From: Psychrobacter cryohalolentis K5
GTDB lineage: Bacteria; Pseudomonadota; Gammaproteobacteria; Pseudomonadales; Moraxellaceae
Length of the DNA: 32,000 bases
Direction: 5' to 3'
Assembly: GCF_000013905.1 (NCBI RefSeq)
Contig: NC_007969.1
Span: forward strand, 1,050,001 to 1,082,000
Under the pieces are notes generated by a model. It saw nothing but the letters and a program-made list of their open reading frames with translations. It did not search any database and had not been told where the DNA came from. Positions 18,108 to 27,586 of this stretch are shown here, in pieces. The stretch's first letter is position 1. The number at the start of each line of letters is the position of its first letter. The position numbers and the translations under genes were made by a program.

Positions 18108-19160
18108 ATGAGTAAACAATTTATATATTCCATCTCGAGCATTCGTTTTGATGAAAATTATCAGCCTGCAGACAGCACGCGTCTGACGACTAACTTTGCG
18201 AATTTGGCTCGTGGCGAGAGTCGTCAAGAGAACTTACGCAAAACGCTGACTATGATAAATAATCGTTTTAATGATCTAGCACACTGGGACAATCCGACAG
18301 CCGACCGTTATTCTGTTGAAGTTGATATCATTTCTGCAGACTTGGATATTAAAGGCAATGGTCATACCTTCCCAGTCATTGAGACCTTAAAAACAACGAT
18401 CATTGATCATAAAGAAAATAAGCGTATTGACGGTATGATTGGCAACAGCTTCTCATCCTATGTGCGCGATTATGATTTTAGCATTGTGTTACCAGAACAC
18501 TTTGCAAACCATCCAAAATCTGCGCCGCCAGAAGAGTTTGGCGATTTGCACGGTAAACTGTTTCAACATTTATTAAATTCAGATGCCTATAAAGCCAATT
18601 TTAATAAACAACCAGTGATTTGCCTAAGCGTTTCAAGTAGTAAAACCTATCATCGTACGGGTAATCAGCATCCTGTATTAGGGATTGAATATAGACAAGA
18701 TGGCTGCGCTTTGAACAAAGGATCATTGACCGATGAGTACTTTTCCAAAATGGGCTTAACGGTGCGCTATTTTATGCCTGCCAACAGTGCTGCACCTTTA
18801 GCATTTTATTTTTCTGGTGACTTGCTGACGGATTACACCGATCTTGAGCTAATCAGTGCGATCAGTACCATGGAGACCTTCCAAAAGATTTATCGACCTG
18901 AAATTTACAATGCCAATTCCACCGCCGCTCAAATATATCAACCCAGTTTGAAGTACCAAGATTATTCACTGACGCAAATTGTGTATGATCGCGCGGAGCG
19001 CAGCCAGATGGCAGTGACGCAAGGTAAACTTACGGAAGACGAGTTCATTAATCCTTACCAAGACATTCTTGAAGAATGGGCGGCAAGCTATGATGTTGCA
19101 AGCGAGATTGTTCAAAGAGAAGCGGCTCAAAAAGAAATGGCTAAAAAAAAGGCAGCCTAA
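18108..19160 (+). CDS. mesX: DUF1852 family protein (MesX, accessory protein of MesD methionine synthase)
   Basis: The string RLTTNFANLARGESRQENLRKTL...NRFNDLAHWDNP and NSFSSYVRDYDFSIVLPEH match my memory of DUF1852. It sits immediately upstream of a MetE-C-terminal-like gene, the conserved MesX-MesD arrangement. Confidence 0.85.
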   Translation: MSKQFIYSISSIRFDENYQPADSTRLTTNFANLARGESRQENLRKTLTMINNRFNDLAHWDNPTADRYSVEVDIISADLDIKGNGHTFPVIETLKTTIIDHKENKRIDGMIGNSFSSYVRDYDFSIVLPEHFANHPKSAPPEEFGDLHGKLFQHLLNSDAYKANFNKQPVICLSVSSSKTYHRTGNQHPVLGIEYRQDGCALNKGSLTDEYFSKMGLTVRYFMPANSAAPLAFYFSGDLLTDYTDLELISAISTMETFQKIYRPEIYNANSTAAQIYQPSLKYQDYSLTQIVYDRAERSQMAVTQGKLTEDEFINPYQDILEEWAASYDVASEIVQREAAQKEMAKKKAA

Positions 19161-19193
19161 GCAATCTAACTATAGCCAAAATATAAAATACGA

Positions 19194-20261
19194 ATGAATA
19201 AGAAGATGAATCTCATGACAATATTATTACCGACACAAAAATTATTACCAACATCAACAGCGGGCAGTTTACCAAAACCTTCTTGGCTTGCCGAACCTGA
19301 GAAAATCTGGTCACCTTGGGCATTAGAAGGGGAGCAGTTGTTTGAAGCCAAACAAGATGCACTACGTTTAACATTGCAAGAGCAGCGACATGCAGGGATT
19401 GATATTGTCAGTGATGGCGAGCAGACCCGTCAGCATTTTGTCACTACCTTTATTGAACATCTTGATGGCGTCGATTTTGAGAATCGAAAAACCGTTAAAA
19501 TTCGTGATCGTTATGAGGCAAGTGTGCCGTCAGTCGTTGGGGCGGTGAGCCGTCAAAAGCCTGTTTTTGTTGAAGATGCCAAGTTTTTACGTCAGCAAAC
19601 CGACCAGCCGATCAAATGGGCACTGCCTGGTCCGATGACGATGATTGATACCTTATATGATGGTCATTATAAAAGCCGTGAAAAATTGGCGTGGGAATTT
19701 GCTAAAATATTGAATCAAGAAGCCAGAGAATTAGAAGCGGCGGGTGTAGATATCATTCAATTCGATGAGCCAGCGTTTAACGTGTTCTTTGATGACGTCA
19801 ACGACTGGGGCATCGCTATTTTAGAGCGCGCCATAGAAGGTCTAAAGTGTGAGACAGCGGTGCATATATGCTACGGCTACGGCATCAAAGCCAATACCGA
19901 TTGGAAAAAGACACTGGGTTCGGAGTGGCGTCAATATGAGCAAGCCTTTCCAAAATTGCAGCAGTCTAATATCGATATTGTCTCTTTAGAGTGTCAAAAC
20001 TCACATGTACCGATGGATTTGATAGAACTCATTCGCGGTAAAAAAGTGATGATTGGTGCCATTGATGTGGCAACCAATAACATTGAGACCCCTGAAGAGG
20101 TTGCTGATACACTACGCAAAGCCCTGCAATTTGTCGATGCAGACAAGCTCTATCCTTCGACCAACTGCGGCATGGCACCGTTGTCGCGCCAAGTGGCACG
20201 CGGTAAGTTGAACGCGTTAAGTGCAGGCGCTGCAATCGTGCGTCAAGAGCTGACAGCTTAG
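19194..20261 (+). CDS. mesD: core (single-domain, MetE C-terminal-like) folate-independent methionine synthase, MesD type
   Basis: LPTSTAGSLPKPSWL near the N-terminus. Zinc-ligand contexts VHICYGYG (His/Cys) and STNCGMAP (Cys). About 350 aa rather than the roughly 750 aa of MetE. The start is ambiguous (ATG at 19194, 19206 or 19215). Confidence 0.85.
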   Translation: MNKKMNLMTILLPTQKLLPTSTAGSLPKPSWLAEPEKIWSPWALEGEQLFEAKQDALRLTLQEQRHAGIDIVSDGEQTRQHFVTTFIEHLDGVDFENRKTVKIRDRYEASVPSVVGAVSRQKPVFVEDAKFLRQQTDQPIKWALPGPMTMIDTLYDGHYKSREKLAWEFAKILNQEARELEAAGVDIIQFDEPAFNVFFDDVNDWGIAILERAIEGLKCETAVHICYGYGIKANTDWKKTLGSEWRQYEQAFPKLQQSNIDIVSLECQNSHVPMDLIELIRGKKVMIGAIDVATNNIETPEEVADTLRKALQFVDADKLYPSTNCGMAPLSRQVARGKLNALSAGAAIVRQELTA

Positions 20262-20290
20262 GATTTACCGACTAAACTTATGCAAAATTT

Positions 20291-20331
20291 AGCTTTTATA
20301 GGTTGGGTCTTTAACTCCGCCTATAAAAGCT
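20291..20331 (+). promoter_or_regulatory. perfect 12-bp inverted repeat in the mesD / flavin reductase spacer
   Basis: AGCTTTTATAGG (20291-20302) and CCTATAAAAGCT (20320-20331) are separated by 17 nt. Confidence 0.35.
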
Positions 20332-20397
20332 TGTTTAAACTCATGAGTGACCTCAGTTATCAATGTACTTACCGATTTAACATTTAGGATTGCAGCA

Positions 20398-20913
20398 ATG
20401 AGTAAAGATGTGATTGAAGCAACCGACTTTAGAGATGCCATGTCTTTGTTGACGACAGCCGTCAATGTGATCACCACCAAAGGCAGCTCAGGTGCTCATG
20501 GGTTTACTGCCTCGGCGGTATGTAGCGTCACCGATACACCGCCAACCTTGCTGGTCTGTATGAATCAAACGTCTCGCTCACATGCCCATTTTCTTGAAAA
20601 CAAAACCTTAAGTGTCAATGTGTTGGGCGCACAGCATGAGCCTATATCTAATGCCTTTGCTTCTAAATTATGCTCAGAAGAGCGATTTCAACAGGGCTCT
20701 TGGACTGAGTTAGCAACAGGTGCCCCTGTTTTAACAGATGCATTGGTCAGTTTTGACTGTGTGATTGAGGATATTCAGCAAGTTGGTACGCACAGTGTCT
20801 TTATGTGCCGAGTTGTCGCCATCAAACAAGGCTACCAACAAAGCAGTGCTGATGAAAGCTTGGTTTATTTCAACCGTGCTTACCATCAAGTAGGTCAGGT
20901 GGAAATCGTTTAA
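20398..20913 (+). CDS. flavin reductase (HpaC/RutF-like NAD(P)H:flavin oxidoreductase)
   Basis: Flavin_Reduct-type strings FRDAMSLLTTAVNVITT and GFTASAVCSVTDTPPTLLVCMN. I chose the ATG at 20398, 8 nt after TAGGA, which gives the typical length of about 171 aa. Confidence 0.8.
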   Translation: MSKDVIEATDFRDAMSLLTTAVNVITTKGSSGAHGFTASAVCSVTDTPPTLLVCMNQTSRSHAHFLENKTLSVNVLGAQHEPISNAFASKLCSEERFQQGSWTELATGAPVLTDALVSFDCVIEDIQQVGTHSVFMCRVVAIKQGYQQSSADESLVYFNRAYHQVGQVEIV

Positions 20914-20981
20914 GCTGACTTTCTGACATTGATTATCTAATTGTCATCTAACTATAGTTAGCTCAATATCAAGAAGATACC

Positions 20982-21057
20982 GTGAAACTGGAATGAATTT
21001 TTTGTAGCCTTTGTCGGCGTAGGCACAGCAAGCTAGAAAAATTTGTACCAGTTTCAC
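20982..21057. repeat. 76-nt imperfect inverted repeat between the flavin reductase and TauE genes
   Basis: GTGAAACTGGaatgAATTTTT (20982-21002) against AAAAATTtgtaCCAGTTTCAC (21037-21057). 17 of 21 arm positions are complementary. Confidence 0.35.
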
Positions 21058-21130
21058 CTTGTCAGATAACGTATCCATTTTATTTTGTATCGACTATAAA
21101 ACTATCATTCAACCGAGAAGTAACTATCCT

Positions 21131-21955
21131 GTGGAACTAATCATTTTCTTAATAATAGGCGCTCTAGCAGGATTTGCTGCGGGGCTTTTTGGTGTGGGCG
21201 GCGGCACGATTATCGTACCACTATTATTTATCGTCTTTACCCAAATGGATTACAGTCCTGACAGTATCATGCATTTGGCCTTAGGTACGTCACTGGCGAC
21301 CATCATTGTCACCTCTATCAGCTCGCTTATGGCGCATAATAAAAAGGGCGCCGTCATGTGGCCTGTTTTTAAAAACCTAGCACCCGGCTTAGCGATTGGC
21401 TGTTTTTTAGGGGCAGGGATTGCAGGACAGATATCTGGGCTGTATCTTCAGCTTATCGTTGGGGTGTTTTTGCTGTGGGTCGCTTATAAGATGTTTTTCG
21501 CTGGTAAAAAGCAGGTCGTTAGTCATGCTGATGATGTCAATGGCGCTAATACGGAACTGCCCTCAAAACCTAAGCAGCTAGCGGCAGGCGGGGTTATTGG
21601 TATTGCTTCTGCCATTTTTGGTATTGGCGGCGGCAGCTTAACGGTGCCTTATTTAACTCGTTACGGTGTGGTCATGCAAAAAGCCGTTGGCACGTCAGCA
21701 GCGTGTGGCTTGCCCATTGCCATCGCTGGAGCATTAGGCTTTATGTTCTTTGGGATGCAGCAACAAGTTGATGTGCCCAATACCATTGGCTTTGTCCACA
21801 TTTATGCCTTTTTAGGGATTAGTATCATGAGCTTTTTCACCGCTAAGTTAGGTGCAAAAGTCGCCCATATACTATCACCAGAGCTTTTAAAAAAATGCTT
21901 TGCAGTATTATTAACCGTGGTTGGGTGCTATTTCCTTTTTAAAGGGCTGGTTTAG
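21131..21955 (+). CDS. TauE/SafE (DUF81) family anion permease
   Basis: Duplicated signature GLFGVGGGTIIVPLL and FGIGGGSLTVPYL. Hydrophobic throughout. I prefer the GTG at 21131; the track start (TTG at 21059) overlaps the upstream inverted repeat. Confidence 0.75.
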   Translation: MELIIFLIIGALAGFAAGLFGVGGGTIIVPLLFIVFTQMDYSPDSIMHLALGTSLATIIVTSISSLMAHNKKGAVMWPVFKNLAPGLAIGCFLGAGIAGQISGLYLQLIVGVFLLWVAYKMFFAGKKQVVSHADDVNGANTELPSKPKQLAAGGVIGIASAIFGIGGGSLTVPYLTRYGVVMQKAVGTSAACGLPIAIAGALGFMFFGMQQQVDVPNTIGFVHIYAFLGISIMSFFTAKLGAKVAHILSPELLKKCFAVLLTVVGCYFLFKGLV

Positions 21956-22060
21956 GTATTCATAGTCGTTCCTCTAAAAGGCAAAGCTTGCGAACTGAGC
22001 TACCCAAAAAGCACATAGTGGAATGCATTATCATGATCTAAATAATCCAAAGCATGACAA

Positions 22061-22084
22061 TCTAGAAAACAGTCTAGAAAACAA
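22061..22084. repeat. 12-bp tandem duplication in a convergent intergenic region
   Basis: TCTAGAAAACAG followed directly by TCTAGAAAACAA. Confidence 0.5.
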
Positions 22085-22099
22085 TGTTGAGACAGTAGC

Positions 22100-22513
22100 T
22101 TAGTCGTGCTTGGGCGGTACAGAATATGTGCCAACAACATGCGCGACCAAGTCGCTAGAGCCTTCTGAGTACAAGGAAACCTCACCTACAATGAGCGTGC
22201 GCCCTACCTTTAGCAAGGTGCACTCAGCAATGATACGCGCTTCTGCTGATGGTTTGCGCAGAAAATTGATGGTAAGGGTTGTTGTTACTGTCAACGCTAC
22301 AATGCCAATCTTACCAAGTATCGCCACATAGAGTGCGACATCAGCAATGCTCATCAATACAGGGCCAGAGACCGTACCACCAGGACGTAGCTCATCTATA
22401 CCGATATCATGCGATAAGGTCGAACTATCATCGCCTACTGCTTCAACTTTGCACTTGGTTTGGGGAAATTCTAATGCCATAAAGGCTGTTATTTCTTCTT
22501 TGGTCGCTGACAT
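22100..22513 (-). CDS. PaaI-family hotdog-fold thioesterase
   Basis: 137 aa. The string RPGGTVSGPVLMSIADVALYVAI and the overall layout are typical of PaaI/YigI-like thioesterases. Confidence 0.8.
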   Translation of the reverse strand: MSATKEEITAFMALEFPQTKCKVEAVGDDSSTLSHDIGIDELRPGGTVSGPVLMSIADVALYVAILGKIGIVALTVTTTLTINFLRKPSAEARIIAECTLLKVGRTLIVGEVSLYSEGSSDLVAHVVGTYSVPPKHD

Positions 22514-22698
22514 ACATACTCCTGTGGTTTAATTATTCTTGTTGTTAACTATCTTTTCTTCGCACTCAAGTTCATTGGTTCGATTAAAACAACTAGAATC
22601 GATAAAATTGGTATCGATTCTAGTTTCTTATTATAAATGGGTAGTAGATAGATATATTTTTGATACTGACTCAATATTTTTAGTGGCGTATTCTTAAA

Positions 22699-23598
22699 CT
22701 AAGGCGTACCAGCATGACCCACTTTAACTGGTGTAGATAGCATACGCCCTTTAGTTTCAGCGGTGCGTGACGCTTCATTCCAGTCAGGTGCTGCACACAT
22801 AAACAATGTTTTGCCATCTTGTCCGCCAAGAGCGACCGCAAAAATGCCGTCAGGTGCCGTATCAACGGTTTCTAAGATTTCTCCCCCTTCTTTAATACGA
22901 ACAGCACGTTGGTTCAAGGTATCTGCAATCCAAACAGCGCCCTCGCTATCTAAGGCAAGACCATCAGGTAAGATGCTGGCGTTCTCTATACGTGCCCCTA
23001 AATTTGGCTCGTCTCCTAACTCTCCAAAGTTAGCAAAATCACGTTTTTCTCCTAAAGTGCCGTCTTTATTAATATCGAACTGTGATACTTTATTACCAAA
23101 TAGCTCATTAACGATTAATGTCTTTTCATCCGCAGAAATGACCATGCCATTTGGAAAGGCCAAACCTTCTGCCACAACCTGAGAGGTACCATCAGGTCTC
23201 ACCAATACAAGACCAGTGTGTTTATGATCAGCACCACCCATCAGATCAAAACCGAAGTTTCCAACATAAGCGTTGCCATTAGGCGCAACGACCATATCGT
23301 TAGCATGCCCCTCACAATGCTTCCAAATATCAGCGTGAACAACTAATTCGCCATTGTCCTCTAAACATAACACTTTACGATCTTTCATAGAGACAACGAG
23401 CATACGGCCGTCAGGAAGCCAGCCTAGGCCAGATGGCTGCTGTTCTACATGCACAATTTTTTCTGCAACGCCTTCATCATTAACACGATAAACGCCTTTG
23501 GTATAAAAATCGACAAACCATAAAGCGTTTTTGTACCAACGCGGTCCTTCTAGGTAATGGAATCCATCAACTACCACGTCTAACTCATATTTTGACAT
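22699..23598 (-). CDS. SMP-30/gluconolactonase/LRE family protein
   Basis: N-terminal LEGPRWYKNALWFVD (EGPxW motif). Repeated beta-propeller-like segments such as PNGMVISADEKTL and PDGLALDSEGAVWIA. Confidence 0.85.
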   Translation of the reverse strand: MSKYELDVVVDGFHYLEGPRWYKNALWFVDFYTKGVYRVNDEGVAEKIVHVEQQPSGLGWLPDGRMLVVSMKDRKVLCLEDNGELVVHADIWKHCEGHANDMVVAPNGNAYVGNFGFDLMGGADHKHTGLVLVRPDGTSQVVAEGLAFPNGMVISADEKTLIVNELFGNKVSQFDINKDGTLGEKRDFANFGELGDEPNLGARIENASILPDGLALDSEGAVWIADTLNQRAVRIKEGGEILETVDTAPDGIFAVALGGQDGKTLFMCAAPDWNEASRTAETKGRMLSTPVKVGHAGTP

Positions 23599-23649
23599 AA
23601 CTATCTTCCTTGATTTATAGACAAAATTATTTAAGAAATTTGCTGCTTA

Positions 23650-24813
23650 TTAGAGTATTTCTTGGTAGATCATTTTTACTTCCTCTAAAGACATATCCAT
23701 TGGATTGGTTTCAATGAGACGAGCATAGGTATTAATGACCATATCAGCTAACGCGGGGATATCCTGTCCCGTTATATCTAGCTCATTTAAGCGATATTTT
23801 AGACCACTTGTTTTCAAGAAGTCCTTTAGTTGATTAATAAATTGATGGGCAGCCTCTATGTCAGTCATGCCCGAAGTGTCGATAGGCATCACTGCACGCG
23901 CGAGTTCTGCATAAGGAGGTGCTGCTACTGGTAAGTTGAAAGTAAATACACTGCACATCACGAGCGCATTAGCATGCCCATGCGGCACATGGAAGTTAAT
24001 GCTAAGTGGGTAGGAGAGTCCATGTACAGCTGCTACGGAAGCATTGACAAAAGCGATACCAGCTAGCGTTGAACCCAATAACATATCAGCACGAGCATCA
24101 ATATCATCGCCGTGATGGAGCACTGTATAAAAGTTACTCCATAGCATTTGCAAACCTTTAACAGCCAACGCATCTGAAATGGGGTTCTTTTTGGTGCGGC
24201 TTGTGTAAGCTTCAATGCAGTGAACCATCGCATCTAAGGCAGTGGCAGCAGTAATATGGCGAGGAAGCTTGAGAGTTAGCGTCGCATCTAAAATCGCGAC
24301 ATCAGGTAGGATTTTAGGCGTGTATATGGCTTTCTTGCTGCCATCCTTTGCTGTGATTACAGATACAAAGGTAGCCTCTGCGCCAGTACCTGCAGTGGTG
24401 GGGATCGCAAACAACGGCATTTTTTTAAAACCACTAATATCTGCCTCTAACAGCTCATTAACCGATTGAAAGTCATTGGGATATAGCGCGACAATTTTCG
24501 CGGTATCGATAGGGCTGCCACCTCCTAAACCGATGACCAGATTACACTGGTTCGCTCTGGCAAGTTCAATAGCTTCTTCGACGACTTCAATAGGCGGATC
24601 AGCAACAACCCTGTCGAAAATAACAACATTAATACCAGCCTGCTCTAAAGACTCTTGTGCGATATCGACGTATCCCAGCTCACAAATGCCAGTATCTGTA
24701 ATAATAATGGCAGATGTCGCGTCGTACTGTTTTGCTAAATCCCCTAGCTTCTGGCGCATACTGTCAGCTTCGCTAACAATGTGTCCATTAGTATAAAACT
24801 CCATCCCTGTCAT
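23650..24813 (-). CDS. iron-containing (group III) alcohol dehydrogenase
   Basis: GLGGGSPIDTAKIVA nucleotide-binding motif, His-rich metal site DAMVHCIEAY and HGLSYPLSINFHVPHGHANA. Confidence 0.85.
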   Translation of the reverse strand: MTGMEFYTNGHIVSEADSMRQKLGDLAKQYDATSAIIITDTGICELGYVDIAQESLEQAGINVVIFDRVVADPPIEVVEEAIELARANQCNLVIGLGGGSPIDTAKIVALYPNDFQSVNELLEADISGFKKMPLFAIPTTAGTGAEATFVSVITAKDGSKKAIYTPKILPDVAILDATLTLKLPRHITAATALDAMVHCIEAYTSRTKKNPISDALAVKGLQMLWSNFYTVLHHGDDIDARADMLLGSTLAGIAFVNASVAAVHGLSYPLSINFHVPHGHANALVMCSVFTFNLPVAAPPYAELARAVMPIDTSGMTDIEAAHQFINQLKDFLKTSGLKYRLNELDITGQDIPALADMVINTYARLIETNPMDMSLEEVKMIYQEIL

Positions 24814-25212
24814 TCTATTCTTCCTTGTGTAGATGAGCGATTATTTTTGTGTATTTATAGCCTTTAGATAAATCGCGTGTATAAAGTTTTAGTATTAACT
24901 CAATCACGCTACAGTGTATATCTATTAATTGGCACTTTTTGTAAGAATATTTCTTTATTAAAAGCATTAAATTCTATCGAGATATTACTCGCTATTCCTT
25001 TAGCTTTTTGAACCTTTGACATCATTAATAAGCTTTATCGAAGCTATCGCAATCTATAGGACTCTGGATATATTTCTAGGTTTCTTCCCATCTCTACTGA
25101 AATGGGCACTGAATTTCCTATATAATACGAGCCATCTCGTTGTTGATGATCCATTCAATTTAGGCTTTTTTCTGAATAAGAAAGGCTTTTTATTAGGTAA
25201 AAACGGTGCTTT

Positions 25213-26199
25213 ATGTTTAACGCTTCCTCGACTCGTTTAAATAAATACATCAGTGAAAGCGGTATTTGCTCCAGGCGAGACGCTGACCGCTTTATTGAAC
25301 AAGGTAATGTATACCTCAATGGCAAGCGTGCTGCAGTGGGTGATCAAGTGGTTGCTGGAGATACGGTGAAAGTCAACGGGCAGCTCATTGAGCCGAAAGA
25401 AGCTGATGACTTTGTTTTTATTGTATTAAATAAGCCAGTCGGCATTGTGAGCACCACGGAAAGCTCCGAGAAAAATAACATTGTTGATTTTGTTAGACAT
25501 AGCGTACGTATTTTCCCGATTGGCCGTTTGGATAAAGACTCTCAAGGTTTGATCTTTTTAACCAGTAATGGCGATCTGGTGAACAAGGTATTGCGTGCTG
25601 GTAATAACCATGAAAAAGAGTATTTGGTGACGGTGAATAAGCCGTTAACGGATAGTGTTATCGAGGGTTTAGCCGGTGGCGTGCCAATGCTTGGGAAGAT
25701 GACGAAAAAATGCCCAGTGACTAAAGTAGCGCCCAACGTGTTTAACATCACGCTAGTTCAAGGTCTGAATCGTCAAATTCGCCGTATGTGTGAGCATTTT
25801 GGCTATGAAGTAGTCAAGCTTGAGCGTACGCGGATTATGAATGTAAGTCTCAAGGGTACGCCCGTTGGAGACTGGCGAGACCTGACGCCAAAAGAGCTGT
25901 CTGTTTTACTTAAGTCTGTAGAAGATTCTTCTTCGCAAGACAGTAAACCGGCTAAGAAATCTCGTAATGCACCACGAAAAAATCCTCGTACTGATGACTC
26001 GTCAAAAGCAAAGTCGTCTTCAAAAACAGCGGGTGCGGCAAAGGGAAATAAAAAACACTCCAAGGATGGTGCCAGAAAACCAGCGGGTTCTAAAGGTAAA
26101 GATTGGCGTCCTTTTAGTGATGGCAAGAAGTCTGGAGGCAAGGGTAAGCCTGCTACAAATGGCAAACGCCCTTCAAAAGGCCGAGGGTCTAAGCGATAG
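25213..26199 (+). CDS. rluF: 23S rRNA pseudouridine synthase F with a lysine-rich C-terminal tail
   Basis: Long strings shared with E. coli RluF as I recall it: [15 protein letters not shown] (S4 domain), [16 protein letters not shown] (catalytic Asp) and [20 protein letters not shown]. Confidence 0.9.
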   Translation: MFNASSTRLNKYISESGICSRRDADRFIEQGNVYLNGKRAAVGDQVVAGDTVKVNGQLIEPKEADDFVFIVLNKPVGIVSTTESSEKNNIVDFVRHSVRIFPIGRLDKDSQGLIFLTSNGDLVNKVLRAGNNHEKEYLVTVNKPLTDSVIEGLAGGVPMLGKMTKKCPVTKVAPNVFNITLVQGLNRQIRRMCEHFGYEVVKLERTRIMNVSLKGTPVGDWRDLTPKELSVLLKSVEDSSSQDSKPAKKSRNAPRKNPRTDDSSKAKSSSKTAGAAKGNKKHSKDGARKPAGSKGKDWRPFSDGKKSGGKGKPATNGKRPSKGRGSKR

Positions 26200-26286
26200 T
26201 AAGTTTTCACAGTGTGACTGCTTTATTCATTTTTTAAATGTCAGCAAGCTAAATAATTTTAACTTTGACCTTAACAGGATAATATT

Positions 26287-26730
26287 ATGTTTAAAATAAA
26301 AGTAGAACGCATTGTCAAAAAACCGATTGATGAGGTATTTGAAGCACTGAGCGACCATGCCAGTTATGGCTCATTTAAAGCGGTTGGGGTTGCTAAGCTA
26401 GTGACGGAAGGTGACGAGGAGCGCAATGGCGTTGGGGCTTTACGTAGCATTCAATCGGGGCCTGTTAAGTTTTGGGAGCGAATTACGGCGTTTGAGCGTC
26501 CTACTCATATGGAGTACCAAATCGAAAAAGCCAAACCTATAAAAATGCAACATGATAAAGGCGTCATTGATTTAAAAGACTTGGGCGATGGCACCACACA
26601 TGTGACTTGGATATCTGAGGGTCGATTGACGGTACCATTGCCATTAATAGGTCGCCTATTTGACCGTCAAATGCAGAAACAAGGAACCATAGGTTTTAGT
26701 AGCATACTCAAATCTATAGAAAGCCGCTAA
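26287..26730 (+). CDS. SRPBCC (START/polyketide-cyclase-like) family protein
   Basis: 147 aa. The N-terminal IVKKPIDEVFEALSD pattern and alternating beta-like segments fit SRPBCC proteins. The assignment rests on pattern only. Confidence 0.55.
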   Translation: MFKIKVERIVKKPIDEVFEALSDHASYGSFKAVGVAKLVTEGDEERNGVGALRSIQSGPVKFWERITAFERPTHMEYQIEKAKPIKMQHDKGVIDLKDLGDGTTHVTWISEGRLTVPLPLIGRLFDRQMQKQGTIGFSSILKSIESR

Positions 26731-26755
26731 TCTAGCGGCAATGTTGGGTTTTTTG
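26723..26755 (+). terminator. possible terminator after the SRPBCC gene
   Basis: GCCGCTA (26723-26729) pairs with TAGCGGC (26733-26739) and overlaps the stop codon. A T6 run lies 9 nt downstream. The loop is only 3 nt, so this is weak. Confidence 0.3.
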
Positions 26756-26805
26756 ATATAACTATCTAGTGGTGGCTTATTTTATTTGAGCTATCACTGT
26801 TAGTT

Positions 26806-27117
26806 TTAATCCGATTTTTTCTTAGCAGCTTCAATCTCGTTAAAACGTGCTAACTGCTCTGGCGTTGCTTTCTGTTGATGCTTCTCTTTCCACTCAGCAT
26901 AAGGCATACCATAAACAAGCTCGCGTGCATCCTCGTATTCGATTTCAACACCACGCTCCTCACCAGCCGCTTTATACCATTTGGATAAGCAGTTACGACA
27001 AAAATCGGCAAGGTTCATCAGTTCGATATTTTGTACATCTTTACGCTCATCTAAATGAGCTAGTAAGCGACGAAATGCCGCTGCTTCTAATTCGATGTTT
27101 GATTCTAATTTTGCCAT
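26806..27117 (-). CDS. DUF1244 family protein
   Basis: 103 aa. The string MNLADFCRNCLSKWY...YGMPYAEWK matches my memory of the DUF1244 signature. Confidence 0.75.
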   Translation of the reverse strand: MAKLESNIELEAAAFRRLLAHLDERKDVQNIELMNLADFCRNCLSKWYKAAGEERGVEIEYEDARELVYGMPYAEWKEKHQQKATPEQLARFNEIEAAKKKSD

Positions 27118-27586
27118 AAGGTTTTTCCTAATTGTAATTGAGTCATCTCAAAACTGAGATGATACTAACGATATAAATATTGCGCAACCTGTCATGATCT
27201 ATATTAAAAAATCGCACAAGCAAACTTGGCATAGTAAGGTTTATCAACTTAAAGCCTTTTAATCATGATATTAAACCACGCTTCATTCCTATCTGCTCGT
27301 TGGTCAATCGTGAGCCAAGTTTCTTCTTTGAATTCATGAATAATTTTTTTGCCAGTCACGCATCATAATGTCGTGTACCCATTTTACGTAGTATCAGCTA
27401 TATCATCACTTCTAGAGAATCGTCGTTAAATGATTTGACTGTTATCATTTTAGCTGTTAATTTTAAGTAGCGTTTTGAATGTTAAGCAGTTTTAATTTAA
27501 AGTGCTTATGTCTTTTAAGGCAGATTAATTAAGTCTTAATACCAATCAAATGTCAAAAAAATAATCGCTATCAAAAGGAATTGATA

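Noticed and set aside
22763-23182. 139-aa ORF antisense to the SMP-30 gene
   Set aside because: Ser/Pro/Ala-rich shadow ORF inside a well-supported gene. It has no start context and no motif.
24242-24796. Two ORFs (75 and 106 aa) antisense to the Fe-ADH gene
   Set aside because: Both lie within a gene that has clear Fe-ADH motifs on the other strand. Their compositions are typical of antisense translation.
25016-25240. 74-aa ORF upstream of, and overlapping, the rluF start
   Set aside because: It is hydrophobic and low-complexity, starts with TTG, and overlaps the rluF start in AT-rich promoter DNA. There is no support beyond being an open frame.
25803-26210. 135-aa ORF antisense to the 3' end of rluF, plus the 110-aa alternate-frame ORF at 25967-26299
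   Set aside because: Both arise from the repetitive Lys/Ser/Gly-coding tail of rluF. The translated products are low-complexity, and rluF identity in this frame is strong.
26847-27119. 90-aa ORF antisense to the DUF1244 gene
   Set aside because: The DUF1244 frame has a recognisable signature and a sensible start. The antisense frame has neither.
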